Shown one piece after another: positions 60,708-64,000 of a stretch of DNA of 64,000 nt. This DNA is from the human T2T-CHM13v2.0 reference genome, Homo sapiens. A program made the translations under genes and the position numbers. How positions within the stretch are numbered: position 1 is the first letter of the stretch; each line of letters begins with the position of its first letter. A model generated the notes under the pieces. It did no database searches, had not been told where the DNA came from, and was given only the letters and a program-made list of their open reading frames with translations. The DNA lies in assembly GCF_009914755.1 (NCBI RefSeq), contig NC_060935.1, one strand, 5' to 3'.

Positions 60708-62587
60708 GTCTTCTTGACCCCCATTGTTCCTGTCTGTTCCATCTTATCCCCTTCTGCTTCGGAGCTGACCCTGGCTCTCTGCCTATTTCCTTGCACCTGC
60801 CTCTTGGACCTCTCTGCCTTCAAGTTTGCATTGCATTGTGGGATGGCACACCCAGTATCCAGCAATCAGCCTAGCCAGGCCCATGGCCAGCCCTTGCTCC
60901 TAGAGAATCCAAACCCAAACCAGAGCACTTATCTCTTCCCTCCCCAGGGAAAGGGGTCCGGAGAGTGACCCACCAAAGCTGAACAACTGCCTGACCTAGA
61001 GACATCCAGAAGAAGAGGTGAATGATGAACCCGATGATCTTTAAGCTTCTTCTCAAATCCTATGGTGCTCATTCTTGGATGTGTCCATTTAGTTTGGATA
61101 TTTTGAGTTTGAGGCAATGACAGGATTTTCAAGTGGAAGCGTCCTCTTGAATGCTCACAGAGATGGCTGGGGAGATAGAGGTCGGTGGGAGAATATTCTC
61201 ATGATCGGGCCCTGCTTGGAAGATGAAAAGCCTGCAGGGAGCTCAGACTGCATACAGAGGCTTAGGAGTCCAGGAAACCAACTAGTTGAGCTGCCTTTCA
61301 TAGCATAGCTGTGGCTTCCCAGAACTTGCCGGGGAAGGCTCCCCTTTCCTCCCTGCCAATTTCTCCACCCCACCTGGCACCAAAGGGCCTAGCCTCCAAG
61401 TCACAATTAAAGCTGTGCAACGATGCTAATTGCTGTATCTGACCTCCCTTCGGATAACAAGGGAATCCCTCTCCCTAATTAGCCCTGCCGCTGGTAGACC
61501 AGCAAAGCCAAATGTTTATTATGGGATGAATGCTCTTACCGTAGATTTTGACATATGCTGTGGAAAGATGTTGGATAAATAAGACTTCAGAGGCATGGGT
61601 TGCTTAAATAATGAATACCCACTGCTGTGGGTGATGAGGGTGGAGGGGAGTGAGGCAAAAAAGAAGCAAAGGATCCTGGATCCATGCTCAGAGCCCGGGA
61701 ACAGACTTGGTTGGGAAAGAAGCAGAGGGAGGGATATGGCAATGCCAGCAGGAAGGCTAGGGTGAAGAAGAGAGTGTGCTGGGCTCCACACTGCACTCAC
61801 TGCTCCTGTTGTCCTGCAGAAATGCCGTCCCATCCCCCACACCCACTCACTTCCATTCATAGTCCCCTGGGAAGCAATGACAAATGGCTTGTGAAACAAA
61901 GTCAGAGGGGAGGTAGGAGAAATTTCCTCCCCACAAAGAATAAAGCCGGTGCCTGTCTGAACAGGCCCTGAGTTTACTGTTGTTGATGTCTTGCTTCTTC
62001 CCAGGGGAGTGGAGAGTGAGTACGTGGAAGCCTAATCTTGCACTTGGGCTTCCTGGGGTGGCCAAGATGTGCAGAGAAAATCATTGCACCCAATCAAGGA
62101 CCCCCAGCCCATGAGGTTCTGAAGCACTGAGGAAAGGAGAATGCTGGTTTTATGGTTTCCATATATACCCTTCAGGTCTAGCTCTGGTTGAGCAGACCAC
62201 ACACTATGAAAGAAAGGTCCTTAGATGTGACTTATGCCTGGATTTGGAAAGACTCCGCTCTTCCCCCATCCCATGGGCTCAGGCCCAGAAGGCTGATCCA
62301 CAAGCAGATCTCACAAAGATGGCTGTGTCTCTTTCAGTTCCTCAGTTTCCAGTCAATGAAAGAGAGAGACATCCTTTCATCTCAGTGAATGGGGTTTGTC
62401 CAACAATTCTGGGTAGATGTCAGGGAGGCAGAGGGACTCCCAGTAACTGCACAGACAGCCAGGCTCTGGGGAGACCATGCTTGTTTCAGACACATGGTCC
62501 AGCCTTTGACCTCCACTCCTCAAGTCCACACTTCAGCTACTGGTCCTCTGCAAATAGGGTGGCTCATGACCCTCACCTGTTTCTCTT

Positions 62588-62870
62588 CAGAACAAGCCCA
62601 AATCTCAGTGTCTTACAAACAGCAAAGGTGTGTTTCCATTAATGATACATGTCCCATATAGGTCAGCGGAGGCCTCTGCTCCACTTGGTCACTCAGGGAT
62701 CCAGGCTTTGGAATTTGCTATGGCCGAGAGGAGACAGCTGGAGGGCCATTTGTTGGCTCTTCTATGCTTCAGCCTAGAAATGACATGAGCTGCTCATGGA
62801 CCAGACCTAGTCCCATGGCTCCACCTTAGTGTGAGGGGGCTGGGACACATTGGGGAACATTTGGGAAGCA
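62588..62870 (-). mobile_element. MLT1J/K-like LTR fragment
   Basis: cccaaatctcagtgtcttacaaacagcaaagg..gtcactcagggatccaggct..ctagtcccatggctccacct. Confidence 0.65.
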
Positions 62871-64000
62871 GCACTATTTATGCCCCAGACCATGTCCAAG
62901 GGGCTGGAGCAAATTAGCTTTCCTAGTAGTGCCTTTGAGCCTCACCTTCCTCTCCTCCACACACCTGCACAGGATAGGACCAGAGGTCCAGTGGGTACCA
63001 GTCTAGATGGCCCCTCGATTTACAGATGGAGAAACTGAGGCCAAGCAGGTCGTGATTGGCTTGGTTACCAGCCCCTGCCAGGCCACCTCCACCAGCTGCT
63101 TTCCAGGGCAGTAGTGATCCTCCAGCGCTCTTTCCCTTGGCCTCTCCTTGTTTGTCCACTGGCGCCTTCTCCCTTGTAATTTTTATTTTATTATTCTCCT
63201 CTCCTCATTCTGAGGAACTTCCAAATGTCATTCTTTCTTTAGTTTTTCACCTCCACAGAGCCCTCCTTTTCTTTGTCTCCCTCCCTCAGGCAGGCTCTTT
63301 CCCTGTGAAGGGCTCTTTTTTTCTCCTCCTACAGAGCACACTGACCTTTTCCTCTTCTCCGTAGGACAAAGCCCGGCCTGGCATGCTCCTAACGGGAATT
63401 GGCTCTAGAAGTTCCGGTAATTGCTCTGTCCTTATTATTGAATCTGTGAAGCCAGTTTTGGTCAGGGCAGCCCCTCCCTTTCACCCACTCACTTGCTGGA
63501 GTCAGACTGCAGATGGGCTGCTAACGAGGTGACCAATTAATAAGCGCTAAATAACCCCAAAATGGTCTTTTTCTCCCTGGCCTGATTTTCAGGCCCCTTT
63601 GTTCCTCCTTGGGAATCTGTCCTCTATGACAAGACCACAATGGGGACTATTCCCAAACCTGACCCTGTGAGATGCTGACGCACTCAAGCCACGGTCACAA
63701 GACCCTACTGCCCAACTCCTTTGCTCTGGGGGTTATGGGAGCAAGGAGGGTTCCTGCCTCTCAGGAATAGTAACACAACTACCCTACATCATTGACCACT
63801 TACTGTGTGTTATATAACCCTGGTGAAACCTTTCATTTACTCATTCCTCCAAACAGACATGAATTGAGTACTTCTGAGGTGCCAGATACTACACAGGCCA
63901 GGCAGTCTGAGCCTTAGACTTGGGCGAAAGGGACCCTCACCTCAGGGCTTCATGCTTTGAAGCACATTCCTGATAATTTTCCAGGCCCTTCTCTGGTGCC

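Noticed and set aside
61015-61110. Possible C/D snoRNA (ATGATGA box)
   Set aside because: No CTGA D box at a suitable distance and no terminal stem.

Overview
Primate (human-like) genomic DNA that looks intergenic or deep-intronic. I found no credible protein-coding exon, and the ORF track is explained by chance ORFs and repeat remnants. The window is rich in old MIR, L2, L3 and L1M fragments, MaLR/ERVL LTRs (MLT1, THE1, LTR16, LTR33, MER21, MER73/74-like) and hAT DNA transposons (MER5, MER58A, MER63, MER81, MER94, MER103, Charlie1). It has only four Alus. Notable items: (1) a THE1 LTR (49858-50411) carries a ~205-bp two-part copy of unique sequence from 2 kb downstream, inserted exactly at the LTR splice donor with splice-site-like junctions; (2) a BC200 (BCYRN1) retrocopy with target-site duplication (TSD) at 28452-28590; (3) a degenerate two-LTR ERVL provirus (~40084-44858, minus) with dead gag/pro/RT motifs and nested MLT1A and THE1 insertions; (4) several repeat-free islands rich in homeodomain, SOX, POU, RFX and MEF2 motifs that resemble developmental enhancers. 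Repeat names come from recalled consensus sequences and most boundaries are approximate. I could not identify the locus, and conservation and expression cannot be seen from one sequence.
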